A DNA stretch of 64,000 nucleotides from an uncultured bacterium (GCA_963749495.1 CAVVMW010000023.1:128001-192000); one strand, 5' to 3'; shown: positions 29,498 through 41,125, counted from the stretch's first letter. The notes: generated by a model from the letters alone, not told the origin. Program-made: numbers and translations.

Positions 29498-32400
29498 ATG
29501 AGTAGCGTGCCTGGGTCCGTGGTCTCAAGAGCCACGCCAAGAGTCGCAAGACTGGGGAGGGGGCCACGCCCATTGGGGCCGGCGGGCCTGGCTTTGTGCG
29601 CCTGGGGGAGTTTGGGTTTGAGCGGGATCTGGGCAGGCCAGACCGCGCCGGCGCCGGAGCTCGGCAGCTTGGCGGAGTTCTACTCTTTGCCGCAAGCGCG
29701 GGTTCAGCAGGGTCTCCCGGTCCGGGTCAAATGCCAGGTGCTCTGTTACGACCCGGATTGGAACCTGCTCTACCTCCACGAGGGGACTAACGCCTGGTAT
29801 TTCGAGCCGCGGACATTTCCCCAGGGGCTGAAGGCAGGACAGGTGATTGAACTGACAGCCCGGAGTTGCGTTGGCGGCAGCGGTCCTTACCTGACAAACC
29901 TGGCCATAAAGGATCTCGGCCCGGCCAAGCTGCCGGCCGCCACGCGCCTGGAGATTTCCGCCCTGGGGGTCCCCATGGGGCAGTGGGTGGAAAGCAGCGG
30001 GACGGTGCGCGTGGCCGAGACGAGCCGGGGCCGGTTGGGCCTGGTGATGGAAGACAAGGGCCGGGATTGCCAGGTCTTTGTGATGGGCCAGCCTGGGACC
30101 AACGATAACAAGCGGTTGGTCGGCTCCAAGGTCCAGGTGCGGGGGATTGACAGCAGCAAGGTCCGGGATGGCCGGGTGGAGTCCGCGGAAATCACGGCGC
30201 CGGGGATTGAGGAAGTGACAATCCTGGAGGCAGGCAGCTTGAATCTCAGCGCCGCCCCCGTCGTCTCGATTGGCGCCTTGTTGAACCGGGAGTTGGGGGA
30301 CTGGACCAACCGCCCGGTCCGCATCAACGGCTGGGCGGCGGCCTGCAAGCCGGGCGAGTACCTGGTGGTCAGGGACCCCACCGGCGTCATGCGGGCACAG
30401 GTCGTCCAGATGACCCAGGTGGGACTCAAGGACCGGGTGGAGGTGTGGGGCTGGCTGGGGGTCCTGGCGGGAGAGACGGTGTTGAAGCATGCTTACTTCG
30501 AGACCGCACCCCCGAGCGAGATCGTTCCCGCGGCGAAATCTCCGCCGGCGCTCGCCGCCAGTCCAAGGTCTGCAATCCCCTTGCGGACGCTCACGACGAT
30601 TGCGGAAATCGTGGCGCTCAAACCCCAGGAGGCCGCCTTGGGCTACCCCGTGCGCGTGCGCGGGGTGCTCACCTACGCCGATCCTGGCTGGCGCAACGCT
30701 TTCATCCAGGACGAAAAAGATGCGGTTTACGTGGACCTGGCGCTGCCGGAGGCGCAGGCGGGCCAATGGGTCGAAATCACCGGGCGGACAGACTCCGGGC
30801 GGTTCATGCCGCAGGTCCAAGCGACGGCCCTGACGGTGCTTGGCCGCACGAACCTGCCGGCCCCCGTCAAGGTGGACCTTCAGGACATGGCCACCGGCTG
30901 CCTGGACGCGCGCTGGGTCGAGATTCAGGGCGTGGTGCGCCGAGTCAATTTCGATTCCGAGGACGGGCGCGCAACCCTGAGCCTGACGACGCGCTATGGC
31001 CGGTTCAATGCTATCGTGTTTGGGCTCCGGGGCGGAGAGCTTCCGGCAAACCTGGTTGATTCGTTGGTCAGCGTGCAGGGCGCGTGCGGCTCCGAATTGA
31101 ATGCCCGGAACCAGTTGACCGGCATCACCTTGCACGTGCCGGGACCGGACCGGGTGCGAGTGCTCGAGCCCGCCCCGGCAGACCCGTTCGCCGCCAGGAG
31201 CCTGCCCATCGGCACAGTGGCCACGTTCGACCCGGAGCGCCCGGGGGGCCGCCGCGTCAAGGTCAGCGGGGTCCTGACGGCCCTGCTGCCGGGCGAGGGC
31301 TTCGTCGTCCAGGACAGCTCGGGCGGCATCCGCGTGCGGGTGCCCGAGCGGAGCGGGCTGCACCCGGGCGATGCCGTGGATGTCCTGGGCTTTCCGACCA
31401 TGGGCGATTTCTCGCCGAGCCTGGAAGAGGTCACGTTGCGGCGGACCGGGACAGGTCCTTTGCCGAGCCCACACCGGACTACGGCCTCGCAAATCCTCTC
31501 GCAGGGCACCGAGGATGCCACGCTGGTCACCCTGGAGGGCCGCCTCTTGCAGCCGGTGCCCCGCTCCGCGCGGCCCAAACTCGTCCTCCAGGACGGCCCG
31601 ATCACGTTCACCGCCCAAATGGGGAGATGGATGCCAGGCCGGGAGTGTCCCGATTTCAAGGTGGGCAGCCTCCTGCGCCTCCAGGGCCTCTGCTCCATCC
31701 AGGGCAATGAAGGCCATGACCCCGAGAGCTTCCGGCTGCTGCTGGCTGGCCCGGAGGACCTGCTCCTGGTCAGCGCACCCTCATGGTGGACGCCCCGCCG
31801 CATGTGCCTGCTGGCGGGAACACTCATCCTGGTGATCCTGCTGGTCCTGGGCTGGGTGGCCTTGTTGCACAGGCAAGTCCAGGCCCAAACCGAGGTCATC
31901 CGCCACCAACTCGAAGAGGGCCGGCAGACCGCCGCCTCTCTGGCCCGGGAAAAGAACTTGCTGGCCCATGAACGGGATTTGTTGGGCACCTTGCTGGATA
32001 ACGTGCCGGACCTGATCTACTTCAAGGACCTCGAGTCGCGGTTCGTCCGCCTGAGTAAGTCCAAAGTGGAATTCTCTTTCGCGTTGGTGCTGGGCCGGCA
32101 TCGTGCCGGCCAAGCGGGCAACGACGGCCAGGAGTTGCCGCCGCACCTGGCCAGCCGCGAGCAGTTCGCCCAGTTCCTGATCGGCAAGAGCGATTTTGAC
32201 GTTTACGATGTTGCGCGGGCCCGCTCCGCCTACACGGACGAGCAGGAGATCATCCGCACCGGCCAGCCCATTATCGGCAAGGCCGAGCACACGGTTTGCC
32301 CGGACCGGAAGGTCTTGTGGATCCTGACCACCAAGATGCCCTGGCGGGACAAGGACGGCCGGATCATCGGGACCTTTGGCGTGTCGAAAGACATCACCGC

Positions 32401-33271
32401 CATCAAAGAGGCCGAAGACAAACTCCAGGAGCTGCACAGGGAGCTGGTCGAGGCCTCGCGCCAGGCCGGCATGGCCGAGGTGGCCAGCAGCGTGCTCCAC
32501 AATGTCCGCAACGTCCTCAACAGCGTCAACGTCTCGGCCAGCCTGATTCTGAACCAGTCCAAGGGCTCCAAGCTCCCCAACCTGGCGCGGGCGGCTGCGC
32601 TCCTGGGCGAGCACGCGGGGGACCTGGGGCAATTCCTGACAGCCGACCCGCGCGGCCAGCGCCTGCCGGCCTACCTGGGACAACTGGCCCAGCACCTCGC
32701 CGGCGAGCAGGAGGCCTTGCTCAACGAGGCCCGCTCCCTGGTGCAAAACGTCGAGCACATCAAGGAAATCGTCAGCGTCCAGCAGGGCTATGCCAAAGCC
32801 CTGGGCGTGGCCGAGACCGTGCGCGCAACCGAGTTGGTCGAGGATGCCCTGCGCATGAACGCCAGCGCGCTGGCGCGCCATGACGTGCAACTGTCCCGCC
32901 AATACGACCCTAACGTGCCGGCCATTACCGTCGAAAGACACAAGGTCCTCCAGGTGCTGGTGAACCTGATTCGCAACGCCGAATATGCCTGCGATGAGTC
33001 GGGGCGGCCGGACAAGCGCCTGACGGTCAAAGTGGCCAATGGCGGGGGGATGGTTCGGATCATGGTGAGCGACAACGGGGTGGGCATCCCGGCCGAGAAT
33101 CTCACGCGCATCTTCAATCACGGCTTTACCACCCGCAAGAACGGGCACGGCTTCGGCTTGCACAGTGGCGCCCTGGCGGCCAAAGAGATGGGCGGGGCGC
33201 TCCTGGCCGAGAGCGGCGGCCCCGGGCAGGGGGCCACCTTCACGCTGGAGTTGCCCCTCCAGCGCAATTGA
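29498..33271 (+). CDS. Membrane sensor histidine kinase with repeated extracytoplasmic OB-fold-like modules and a PAS domain
   Basis: Repeated GxPVRVxG and QDxxGG modules, PSWWT + TM helix, PAS (PDLIYFKD), H-box VLHN, DNGVGI and GHGFGLH. Confidence 0.88.
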   Translation: MSSVPGSVVSRATPRVARLGRGPRPLGPAGLALCAWGSLGLSGIWAGQTAPAPELGSLAEFYSLPQARVQQGLPVRVKCQVLCYDPDWNLLYLHEGTNAWYFEPRTFPQGLKAGQVIELTARSCVGGSGPYLTNLAIKDLGPAKLPAATRLEISALGVPMGQWVESSGTVRVAETSRGRLGLVMEDKGRDCQVFVMGQPGTNDNKRLVGSKVQVRGIDSSKVRDGRVESAEITAPGIEEVTILEAGSLNLSAAPVVSIGALLNRELGDWTNRPVRINGWAAACKPGEYLVVRDPTGVMRAQVVQMTQVGLKDRVEVWGWLGVLAGETVLKHAYFETAPPSEIVPAAKSPPALAASPRSAIPLRTLTTIAEIVALKPQEAALGYPVRVRGVLTYADPGWRNAFIQDEKDAVYVDLALPEAQAGQWVEITGRTDSGRFMPQVQATALTVLGRTNLPAPVKVDLQDMATGCLDARWVEIQGVVRRVNFDSEDGRATLSLTTRYGRFNAIVFGLRGGELPANLVDSLVSVQGACGSELNARNQLTGITLHVPGPDRVRVLEPAPADPFAARSLPIGTVATFDPERPGGRRVKVSGVLTALLPGEGFVVQDSSGGIRVRVPERSGLHPGDAVDVLGFPTMGDFSPSLEEVTLRRTGTGPLPSPHRTTASQILSQGTEDATLVTLEGRLLQPVPRSARPKLVLQDGPITFTAQMGRWMPGRECPDFKVGSLLRLQGLCSIQGNEGHDPESFRLLLAGPEDLLLVSAPSWWTPRRMCLLAGTLILVILLVLGWVALLHRQVQAQTEVIRHQLEEGRQTAASLAREKNLLAHERDLLGTLLDNVPDLIYFKDLESRFVRLSKSKVEFSFALVLGRHRAGQAGNDGQELPPHLASREQFAQFLIGKSDFDVYDVARARSAYTDEQEIIRTGQPIIGKAEHTVCPDRKVLWILTTKMPWRDKDGRIIGTFGVSKDITAIKEAEDKLQELHRELVEASRQAGMAEVASSVLHNVRNVLNSVNVSASLILNQSKGSKLPNLARAAALLGEHAGDLGQFLTADPRGQRLPAYLGQLAQHLAGEQEALLNEARSLVQNVEHIKEIVSVQQGYAKALGVAETVRATELVEDALRMNASALARHDVQLSRQYDPNVPAITVERHKVLQVLVNLIRNAEYACDESGRPDKRLTVKVANGGGMVRIMVSDNGVGIPAENLTRIFNHGFTTRKNGHGFGLHSGALAAKEMGGALLAESGGPGQGATFTLELPLQRN

Positions 33272-33278
33272 CCGGGCT

Positions 33279-35567
33279 ATGCCACTCCAACCTTCTCCAG
33301 ACCATCGCCGCATCCTCATCATCGATGACAATCCCTCGATCCACGCCGATTTCAGCAAGATCCTCGCCGACCACCCCCGGGCCACGGAGGGCCTGGCCAC
33401 GACGGAAACCGAGTTGTTTGGCAAGGCGGCCACCCAGGAGCAGCGCCGGCCCGGTTTCACGCTCAGTTCGGCCTTTCAGGGCGAGGAGGGCATCGAACTG
33501 GTGCGCGAGGGCGTGGAGGCGGGCCAGCCCTTCGCTGTGGCCTTCGTGGACGTGCGGATGCCGCCGGGACTGGACGGCATCGAGACCACCGCCAAGCTTT
33601 GGGAGATCGACCCCGACCTCCAGGTGGTGATCTGCACCGCGTTCTCGGATTATTCGTGGGAGGAGATGTCCGAGAAGCTTGGGAACTCGGATCGGATGGT
33701 CATCCTGAAGAAGCCGTTCGACACGGTCGAGGTGCTCCAGATGGCCAACGCGCTGACGGAGAAATGGCGGCTGTTCCAGGGCACCAAGCGGCGGATGGAC
33801 GAACTGGAGAAGCTGGTGGCCGAGCGCACGGCGCACCTCAAGGCCGCCAACGGGCAACTGGAGGCCGAGATTGGCCGGCGCATCCGGCGGGAGCAGTGCC
33901 TGAGCCTGCAGAACGAGGTCACGCGCGTGCTCACCAACCCGACGGCGTCCGCCGAGGAACTGAGCCAGAGCATTCTGCGGATCATCTGCGCGCGGATGGA
34001 GTGGGACCTGGGCCGGCTGTGGTGCGCCGAGCGGCACACCTCCCTGCTGCGCTGTTCGGCCGTCTTCGAGCGGAGCGGCGAGGTGGCGGTGCCCGTCGAG
34101 GGCCAAGCCGCGCCGGGCCCGGGCCGCGGCCTGGCGGGCCAGGTCTGGGAGCAAGGCGAGCCGGTTTGGGTGGCCGAGGAGGCCGGCGCCGGCGAACCCC
34201 CGTCGGGAGAAGAGGCGCCCTGGCGCTCGGGCTTTGCCTTCCCAATCCGCCTCGAGCGCGAGGTCCTGGGTGTGCTCGAATTCCGCAGCCGCCAGGGCCG
34301 CCCGCGCCAGGACGCCATGGTCGAGATGCTGACGACACTCGGGAGCCTCATCGGCCAGGCCGTCGAACGGAAGAAGCTCGAGGAGCAGTTGCGCCACTCC
34401 CAGAAAATGGATGCCATCGGCCACCTGGCCGGCGGCGTGGCCCACGATTTCAACAACATCCTCACCGTCATCCAGGGATATGCCCAACTGCTCCGGCACA
34501 AGCCCGGCCTGGATGCCGAGACCCTCGAGGCCTTGGACCAGGTCGCCCAGGCCTCCGAGCGGGCCGCCAGCCTCACTCGCCAGTTGCTCACCTTCAGCCG
34601 CAAAGAGATCATGCAGGCCCGCCCCCTGGACCTCAACAGCGTCTTGGCGCGCCTGGAGAAAATGCTCCGCCGCATCATCGGCGAGGACATCGCCCTGGCC
34701 TGCCGCCTCTGCCCGGAGCCCGCGGCGGTCCTGGGCGACGAGGACATGCTGACGCAGGTTCTAATGAACCTGGCGTGCAATGCCAGAGATGCGATGCACC
34801 GAGGTGGGGAGTTGACCCTGAGCACCGAGATTGTGGCCATCTCCGAGGACGCGGCCGCCGAGTCCTCCGAGGTGCGAAGCGGCGACTTCATCTGCCTGCG
34901 CGTCCGCGACACCGGCTGCGGCATCGCGCCCGAGCACCTCCCGCACATCTTCGAGCCGTTCTTCACGACCAAGGAAATCGGCCGCGGCACCGGGCTGGGG
35001 CTTTGCACCGTCTATGGCATCGTCAAACAGCATCGCGGCTGGATCGAGGTCGCCAGCCGCCCCGGGGCCGGCGCCACCTTCTCCATCTACTTGGCCCGCG
35101 TGGCCTTCCAGGCCCCCCCACCCCAAAGCGCCCGCTCCGAATCCAAGGCCCTGACCGGGCAGGAGACGATCCTCCTGGTCGAGGACGAAGCCCCCGTGCG
35201 GCGGCTCACCCGCGACTACTTGCAGCGCCTGGGATACCGCGTCGTCGAAGCCGCCTCGGGCGTCGAAGCCCTCTGCGCCTGGGACCAGCAGGCCCGAGCC
35301 ATCGATTTGCTCCTGACCGATATGGTCATGCCCCACGGCATCAGCGGGCGTGACCTGGCGGCGCGGTTGCGCGCCCGCCGCCCCAACCTGCCGGTCCTGT
35401 GTACCAGCGGCTATACCGCCACGGGCGGCGGGAACACCGACGAGGTGCTGGATGGCGCCGCCTTTCTGCACAAGCCGTTTTCGCTCCAATCCCTGGGCCG
35501 CGCCGTCCGCGACTGCCTGGATAAGGGCGCACGACCGGTTTCCCCGAGCGCCCTTCCTGCCGCCTAA
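33279..35567 (+). CDS. Hybrid histidine kinase/response regulator (REC-GAF-HisKA-HATPase-REC)
   Basis: ILIIDDN...[13 protein letters not shown] segment, [16 protein letters not shown] and ILLVEDE...TDMVMP. Confidence 0.93.
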   Translation: MPLQPSPDHRRILIIDDNPSIHADFSKILADHPRATEGLATTETELFGKAATQEQRRPGFTLSSAFQGEEGIELVREGVEAGQPFAVAFVDVRMPPGLDGIETTAKLWEIDPDLQVVICTAFSDYSWEEMSEKLGNSDRMVILKKPFDTVEVLQMANALTEKWRLFQGTKRRMDELEKLVAERTAHLKAANGQLEAEIGRRIRREQCLSLQNEVTRVLTNPTASAEELSQSILRIICARMEWDLGRLWCAERHTSLLRCSAVFERSGEVAVPVEGQAAPGPGRGLAGQVWEQGEPVWVAEEAGAGEPPSGEEAPWRSGFAFPIRLEREVLGVLEFRSRQGRPRQDAMVEMLTTLGSLIGQAVERKKLEEQLRHSQKMDAIGHLAGGVAHDFNNILTVIQGYAQLLRHKPGLDAETLEALDQVAQASERAASLTRQLLTFSRKEIMQARPLDLNSVLARLEKMLRRIIGEDIALACRLCPEPAAVLGDEDMLTQVLMNLACNARDAMHRGGELTLSTEIVAISEDAAAESSEVRSGDFICLRVRDTGCGIAPEHLPHIFEPFFTTKEIGRGTGLGLCTVYGIVKQHRGWIEVASRPGAGATFSIYLARVAFQAPPPQSARSESKALTGQETILLVEDEAPVRRLTRDYLQRLGYRVVEAASGVEALCAWDQQARAIDLLLTDMVMPHGISGRDLAARLRARRPNLPVLCTSGYTATGGGNTDEVLDGAAFLHKPFSLQSLGRAVRDCLDKGARPVSPSALPAA

Positions 35568-35585
35568 AGGCCGCACCCAGCCGCT

Positions 35586-35669
35586 GGGGTCACATCTCAA
35601 CATTTGACATTTGTCCGACAAATGTCAAATGTTGAGATGTGACCCCTATGCTTGTTGAGATGTGACCCC
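35586..35669. repeat. Perfect 61-bp palindrome (30-bp arms) plus an extra half-site
   Basis: GGGGTCACATCTCAACATTTGACATTTGTC-C-GACAAATGTCAAATGTTGAGATGTGACCCC, between convergent genes. Confidence 0.95.
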
Positions 35670-35683
35670 ACTGCCTAAAGGGA

Positions 35684-36793
35684 CTACACGTTGAACTTGA
35701 TGAGGAGCACGTCGCCGTCGCGGACGACGTAATCGCGGCCTTCGACGCGGTAGTGCCCGGTCTCGCGGGCGCGGCCGACCGAGCCGCAACTGACCAGGTC
35801 TTCCCAATGGACGGTCTCGGCCTTGATGAAGCCGCGCTCGAAATCGGTGTGGATCGTGCCGGCGGCCTTGACGGCGGCGTCGCCGGCGTGAATGGTCCAG
35901 GCGCGGGCCTCCTTCTCATTGAAGGTGAAGAAGGTCCGCAATCCCAGGAGCCGGTAAGTGCTGCGGATGAGCGCATCCAGGCCCGACTCGCTGACGCCCA
36001 ACTCCTTGAGGTAGGCCTGACCTTCCTCGGGCGACAGGTCAGCCAGGTCGCTCTCGAGTTGGGCGCAGACGACAACGGTGCCGCAATGTTGGTGGGTGCT
36101 CGCGAACTCGCTCACGGCCGCCACGAGCGGGTCGTCCTGGGCGCCGGCCAGGCCGGCCTCCTTCACGTTGGCCGCAAAGATGGTCGGCTTGTCGGTGAGC
36201 AGGCAAAAGGTGCGGACGATGGCCTTTTGCTCCGGGGCCAGCGGCAGGCCCAGAGTGTTGGCCGGTTTGCCGGCGTCGAGGTGGGCATCGAGCTTTTCGA
36301 GCAGGTGCGCCTCCAGCAAGGCATGCTTGTCGCCGCGCTTGACGTCGCGAGAGATCTTCTCCAGCCGCTTGTGGACCGTCTCCAGGTCGGCCAGCACCAG
36401 TTCGGTCAACACGATTTCAATGTCCCGCACCGGGTCCAGGCCCTCGGTCACGTGAACGATGTCCGGGTCCTCGAAGCAGCGGACAACCTGGACCAGCGCA
36501 TCCACCTCGCGGATGTGGCTCAGGAACTTGTTGCCCAGGCCCTCCCCGCGCGACGCCCCTTTGACCAGCCCGGCGATGTCGACAAACTCGATCGTGGCCG
36601 GGATGAGGGTATTGACCTTGGCCACCCGCGCCACCTGGGTCAGGCGCCCGTCCGGGACGCTCACCACGCCCAGGTTCGGTTCGATCGTGCAGAAGGGGTA
36701 GTTCTCGGCGGGGGCCTTGTGCGAACGGGTCACCGCGTTGAACAGCGTCAACTTGCCCACATTCGGTAGTCCGACAATGCCGGCCTTTAGCAT
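35684..36793 (-). CDS. ychF: Redox-regulated ATPase YchF
   Basis: [52 protein letters not shown] and [11 protein letters not shown] motifs. Confidence 0.95.
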   Translation of the reverse strand: MLKAGIVGLPNVGKLTLFNAVTRSHKAPAENYPFCTIEPNLGVVSVPDGRLTQVARVAKVNTLIPATIEFVDIAGLVKGASRGEGLGNKFLSHIREVDALVQVVRCFEDPDIVHVTEGLDPVRDIEIVLTELVLADLETVHKRLEKISRDVKRGDKHALLEAHLLEKLDAHLDAGKPANTLGLPLAPEQKAIVRTFCLLTDKPTIFAANVKEAGLAGAQDDPLVAAVSEFASTHQHCGTVVVCAQLESDLADLSPEEGQAYLKELGVSESGLDALIRSTYRLLGLRTFFTFNEKEARAWTIHAGDAAVKAAGTIHTDFERGFIKAETVHWEDLVSCGSVGRARETGHYRVEGRDYVVRDGDVLLIKFNV

Positions 36794-36873
36794 GGGGCCA
36801 CTTATAGCCGGACCTCCGCTCCATTGCAACGGACAAGTCATCGAAAGCTGGAGATGCGCCCGCAGACCCGAGT

Positions 36874-36960
36874 CCGGACCTTTGTCGCAACCTTTGTCGC
36901 GGCCTTTGTCGAGGCATGGCCAACCCGGCAAAGGTTGCGACAAAGGCCGCGACAAAGGTC
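36874..36960. repeat. CCTTTGTCG palindromic dispersed repeat, copy 4
   Basis: Nearly identical to 7465-7548. Confidence 0.9.
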
Positions 36961-36998
36961 TGGGATCGGAGTTTCCCGGTTAATTTTGCCAGCCGCTC

Positions 36999-38433
36999 TT
37001 ACGGCCTTGCGGGGCTCAGGTCGGTGTCGCGCAGGAGGATTGTTCCGACCTGGTTGGTGGCCAGGGTGGGCTGGGCGCCGGGCACGCGGGTGAATTTGAC
37101 AGAGTCCAGGTTGAGCCGCTGCACCTGGTCGGCCCTGGCGACGGGGCGGAGGTCATCCTTGGCCAGGCTGAGGCGGACATCTTCGAGGGTGAGTTGCTCG
37201 ACGTTGCGGGCATAAAGGCCCCAGGCGGGGAGCGGGCGGCAATCGACGCCGGGGCCCTGGACCGGGAGTGTGGCCTGTTGGGCCTTGCCGCCGCCGTTGA
37301 ACTCAATGCTGGCGCCGCGAACCACCACGTTGGTGATGGGCGCGTCCGACCAACTCTCGAGCGAGAGCGCGGAGCGGTAAACGCCTGTGGCGGTCAGGCC
37401 GGCAACGGTGACTCGATTGACCGGGTTGCCCGGTTTGGTCCAGAGGGTCACGGGCGAGGCGACGTCGCGCATGGTGTTGTTAGCCAGCAGGACCTCATCG
37501 AGCAGGCCCTGGGTGCGGTCCCAGGCGCCGGGCTGGAGGATGATGCCGCTGAGCATGTTGTTGCGGTTGGAGGTGCGGTGCGGCCGCAAGCCGGGGCCGT
37601 AAAAGAGGCAGTGGTCCACGATCAGCCGGGTCGCCGGGCCGATCAGCCGGATGCCGTTGCAGGACGAGTTGATGGTGCAGCCCGCTATCACCACGTTGTC
37701 CCAGTAACGGCCTGCGATCGAGTCATCCCCGGTATAGAAACGGCAACCGGTGATGTTCACATGATGGCACCAGCGATCGGGTGCGCCGCGGAAATGCACC
37801 CCGTCCCAGCCACCCGTAATCGTCACGTCCCGGATGTCCACGTCATCGCTGGCCTGGAAGAAGACGGCGTAATTTGCGGAGTCCAGGATCGAGAACGTCG
37901 CGCAAGGTGAACCGGCGGCAGTTGACAAAGGTGATGGTGTGGGGACCGCGCATGTGTTCCTCGCCCGCCGGGTCGAAGACCTTGCCGCCATCGATCACGC
38001 CCTGGCCGGCGATAGTGATGTCCTCCGCGTCCTGGCCCACGAGCAATCCCCGGTGCCAATTGCCCCACCGGGCCTCCGGCATGAACGGCGGCACTTCCGG
38101 CCGCTGGTAGAGCGCCAGGTTCGTCGTGCCGGAGAGCGTCGCCCCGGCGCAGAAGAACAGCGTGACGTGGCTCCGCAAATGCACTGTCCCGGAGAGGTAA
38201 CGGCCCGGCGGGAACAGGACCTGTCCGCCCCCGGCCTCCGCGCAGGCCCCAATGGCCTGGTTGATGGCGCCGGTGTCCAGCGTCGCGCCGTCGCCCCTGG
38301 CGCCGTAATCGCAGATGTCGAATGTGCGCCTGGCCGCCCCGCTGCCCGGCGAGCCGGCGGCTTCGGCCCCGAGCGCGGCCCCGGCCAGCAGAGCGCCAAG
38401 GCAACTTGCCAACAGAAGAAAGCTTCGATTCAT
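36999..38433 (-). CDS. Secreted right-handed beta-helix glycoside hydrolase (GH28-like), interrupted by a +1 frameshift near 37894
   Basis: DYGARGDGATLDTGAINQAI..C...GGGQVLFPPGRYLSG in ORF 37843-38433, continuing as SILDSANYA...TGDDSIA in ORF 36999-37991. Confidence 0.8.
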
Positions 38434-38475
38434 AACTGCACCCGACCCGAGGAGTATCCAAACGCAGGGCCATGT

Positions 38476-38806
38476 GTCGAGTGCCGAGTGTCGAGGGGCG
38501 GGGGACGAGGGACGAGAGGCGAGGGGCTCGACTGCGCGCGCGCGTCGCGTAGCGACGCAGTGAAGGTAGCCGTGGACCTCGGTCCACGGTTTCGGGGCGT
38601 GGGAATGGAGGCGCGTCGCGCAGCGACGCCTGACGGTCTCGCGCTGGCAGATCCAATCGTGTTTTCAGGCGTCACTACGCGACGCGGGTGAGCTTGGGCC
38701 ATGGGTCCGTGGACTGGAAGTCCACGGCTACCATCACACACCGCTACGCGGTGACGGTCTCGATGACCGGCGCTTCGTTCCCTCGTCCCTCGGCTCTCGC
38801 CCCTCG
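38476..38806. repeat. REP/REPIN-like nested palindrome (GCGTCGCGTAGCGACGC / CCGTGGAC..GTCCACGG) flanked by inverted degenerate heptamer arrays
   Basis: Core at 38542-38753 with four internal hairpins in mirror order; outer CGAGGG/CCCTCG repeats. Confidence 0.8.
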
Positions 38807-38808
38807 GC

Positions 38809-40210
38809 TCACTCAAACGACCAGTAATGCACCGCCCACGGGTCGAGGGGCACCGCCAAGCGCTGGTCGCCGGCCTTGAGAGTGGCGAACGGCTCGGGGC
38901 GCAGGCGGGTGTTCTCGTCGCTGCCGGGGGCGGTCGCGTCCAGGACGATATGCCGGGTGCGCATCTGTTTGGGCAGGCCGGCCAGGTCAAGCCGGGCCTG
39001 GACCGTCGCCCCTGAGAAGTTCCATAGCACCAGGGTCCACATCTGCAACTGCTCATCGTGGGCGGCCAGGCCGTGCACGGAGCGATGGGTCGAGGTCAGC
39101 CTCAGCCGTTCCCCGGCCAGGCGCGAGAGCAATTTGAAGGCGAAATAAGCGGGCCGGACGTTGTCCTGGTAGTCGAAGAGGCCGTCGAACTGCGGCATGC
39201 GGTTCCACCAGCGCGTCATGAAGGCGGTGCCGCGGCGCGACATGAACGGCGCGAACTGCTCGAAGGAGACATGCCAATCGCGAATGTGATAATAGCAGGA
39301 GTGGTCCAAGCCGGCTTCCTTCATCTGCCAGACGGTCTCCGCCACAAAACAGGGCTGGAACCGCGAATCCAGCGGCGGGTTCATCAGGTCCATGTTCCAT
39401 TCGTCCAGGAAGGTCTCGGGCTTGAGCGCGGGGTATTTTCGGAGCAGATCCTTGATGTAATCGATCGTCCCGCGAATGGCCCTTGGGTCGCTGCTATAGA
39501 TGTGCCAGGAGACGAAATGGAGCGGGGTGGCGTTGGTCTGGCAGGAGTTCAGGAGCGCCGGCAGGAGAGCGGAGCGGGGATTTGCCAGCGCCGGCCCGCC
39601 CACGCGCGCCTCCGGGTCGGCCTGCAGCACCGCCGCCGCCGTGTGCCGGTAATACCTGGCGTAGCTCTCCGGCCTGAAACGGTAAGGACAGCCGCCGTCC
39701 TCGCCGATGTCCGGCTCGTTGGCGATTTCCCAATAGCGGATGCCTGCGCCGCGGGCCTTGTAATGTTCCACCAGCTTGCCAATCAGCGCCTCCCATTGGG
39801 CGTAATCGTTGGGCTCGACCACGTCCTGGTCCAGGGCCGGGAAGAGGAGGCGCGGCTTGAAGCAAAGGCACATCAGCGGCTGCGCCCCCGCCTCCAGGAT
39901 CGTCCCCACGCACCGATCCAGCGTGTCGAACTGACACCGCCCGCGCTCGGGCAGCAGGTTGAAATACTCCTGGACGAAGAGCCGGATCAGGCGCGGGTGG
40001 AGCGCGCGGATTTCCGGGACGCGCCCGGCCCAAATCGGGTCGGCCGCCAGGCCGCCCTGGCCCAGGGCCATCGCATCGATGGCCATAGGCCCAAGCCGTT
40101 GGCCGAAGGCAACCTGGACCTCGGCTGTCTGCGCCCTCGCGCTGGCCGAAGCCCGCGCCGGCAACCAGACCCACCAGCAGAAGCAGATGCTGACGATGGC
40201 TCAAGTTCAT
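38809..40210 (-). CDS. GH39-like glycoside hydrolase; signal peptide is out of frame (frameshift near 40147)
   Basis: YWEIANEPD, ARVGGPA, FVSWHIY and LDEWN motifs; leader MNLSHRQHLLLLVGLVAGAGF joins ASARA-Q after removing one G. Confidence 0.8.
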
Positions 40211-40284
40211 GCCCATTGCATAGCCGTTATTGCGCGGTTTGGAAATGACAAAGACTCCAGTTTGGGCGCACGAGAGAATTCTTC

Positions 40285-40341
40285 GCTGCCGCCTAAAGGC
40301 GGCGTTCCACAGCCAACCGGAACGCCGCCTTCAGGCGGCAG
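40285..40341. repeat. REP-like inverted repeat (CTGCCGCCTAAAGGCGGCGTTCC)
   Basis: Inverted pair with a ~10-nt spacer; related half-site at about 35558. Confidence 0.75.
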
Positions 40342-40554
40342 GATGGCCGGTCGAAGAAATCCGTCGTGCGCGCCTCCAGTTTTCCTCTTGTTTTTGGCGC
40401 GGGCACGAGTAGTATCGTCGGCACTGGGTTAAGATCGATGCCGGGTTACAAGGCCTGCTCCAGACCGGATGAACAGCCGCCCGTTCGAGGGGCCTGTGCC
40501 CATGGCGCTCGACCCGGTGAAGAACACGTGATTTTTGTCGCTTGATGGGGCATT

Positions 40555-40722
40555 ATGGACCCTTACCGCGTTGACCTTGAGCCGTTGATGACGTTGCTGG
40601 CCTGCGCTTTCGCCGCGGTGTGCCTGGTCTTCATCGGCTACCTCGCCTGGAGAAAATTCGGACCCCGCCATCGCCACCGGCATCATCACAGCCGCATGCG
40701 CCGTTTCACGGGAAGAAGCTGA
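40555..40722 (+). CDS. Small single-pass membrane protein (55 aa) with Arg/His-rich tail
   Basis: MDPYRVDLEPLMTLLACAFAAVCLVFIGYLAWRKFGPRHRHRHHHSRMRRFTGRS; below the ORF-track cutoff; follows the positive-inside pattern. Confidence 0.55.
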   Translation: MDPYRVDLEPLMTLLACAFAAVCLVFIGYLAWRKFGPRHRHRHHHSRMRRFTGRS

Positions 40723-40965
40723 CAGCCAAGGGGCGCGTCCCGGAACCCCCCTGCGCCCTGCTATGGCGCCAATAACGAAGTTCTTCTCTGCGTTCTTTGC
40801 GTCTCTGTGGTTTCATGGCCCACCCGGACCGGCCTGGCGCCAGTATCCGGCCCCAACGTCCCTCTCTCAGGCTGCCGCACCGGACGCTCTGGGTTTCGGT
40901 CGCAGTTGGGCCGCGCTGGGGCATGCTGCTGATTCAGCCGTCCGTTGGGGACGGACCCAACACTA

Positions 40966-41125
40966 AGGCGGTGGAAATAAATAAAGGTGGCAAGATGCCG
41001 CCGGGATTTTGGCGCCCAGCGAGGCGTGAACGAGGCGCATATCCAGTGATCTGCAACGAGTGAACAACGAAGCTGGGCGGCAAAAGAACAAGGCATGTTG
41101 CTACCTTTATTTATTTCCACCGCCT
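40966..41125. mobile_element. MITE-like element with 34-bp terminal inverted repeats
   Basis: AGGCGGTGGAAATAAATAAAGGT(G/A)GCAA(G/C)ATGCC at both ends, 2 mismatches; non-coding interior. Confidence 0.7.
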
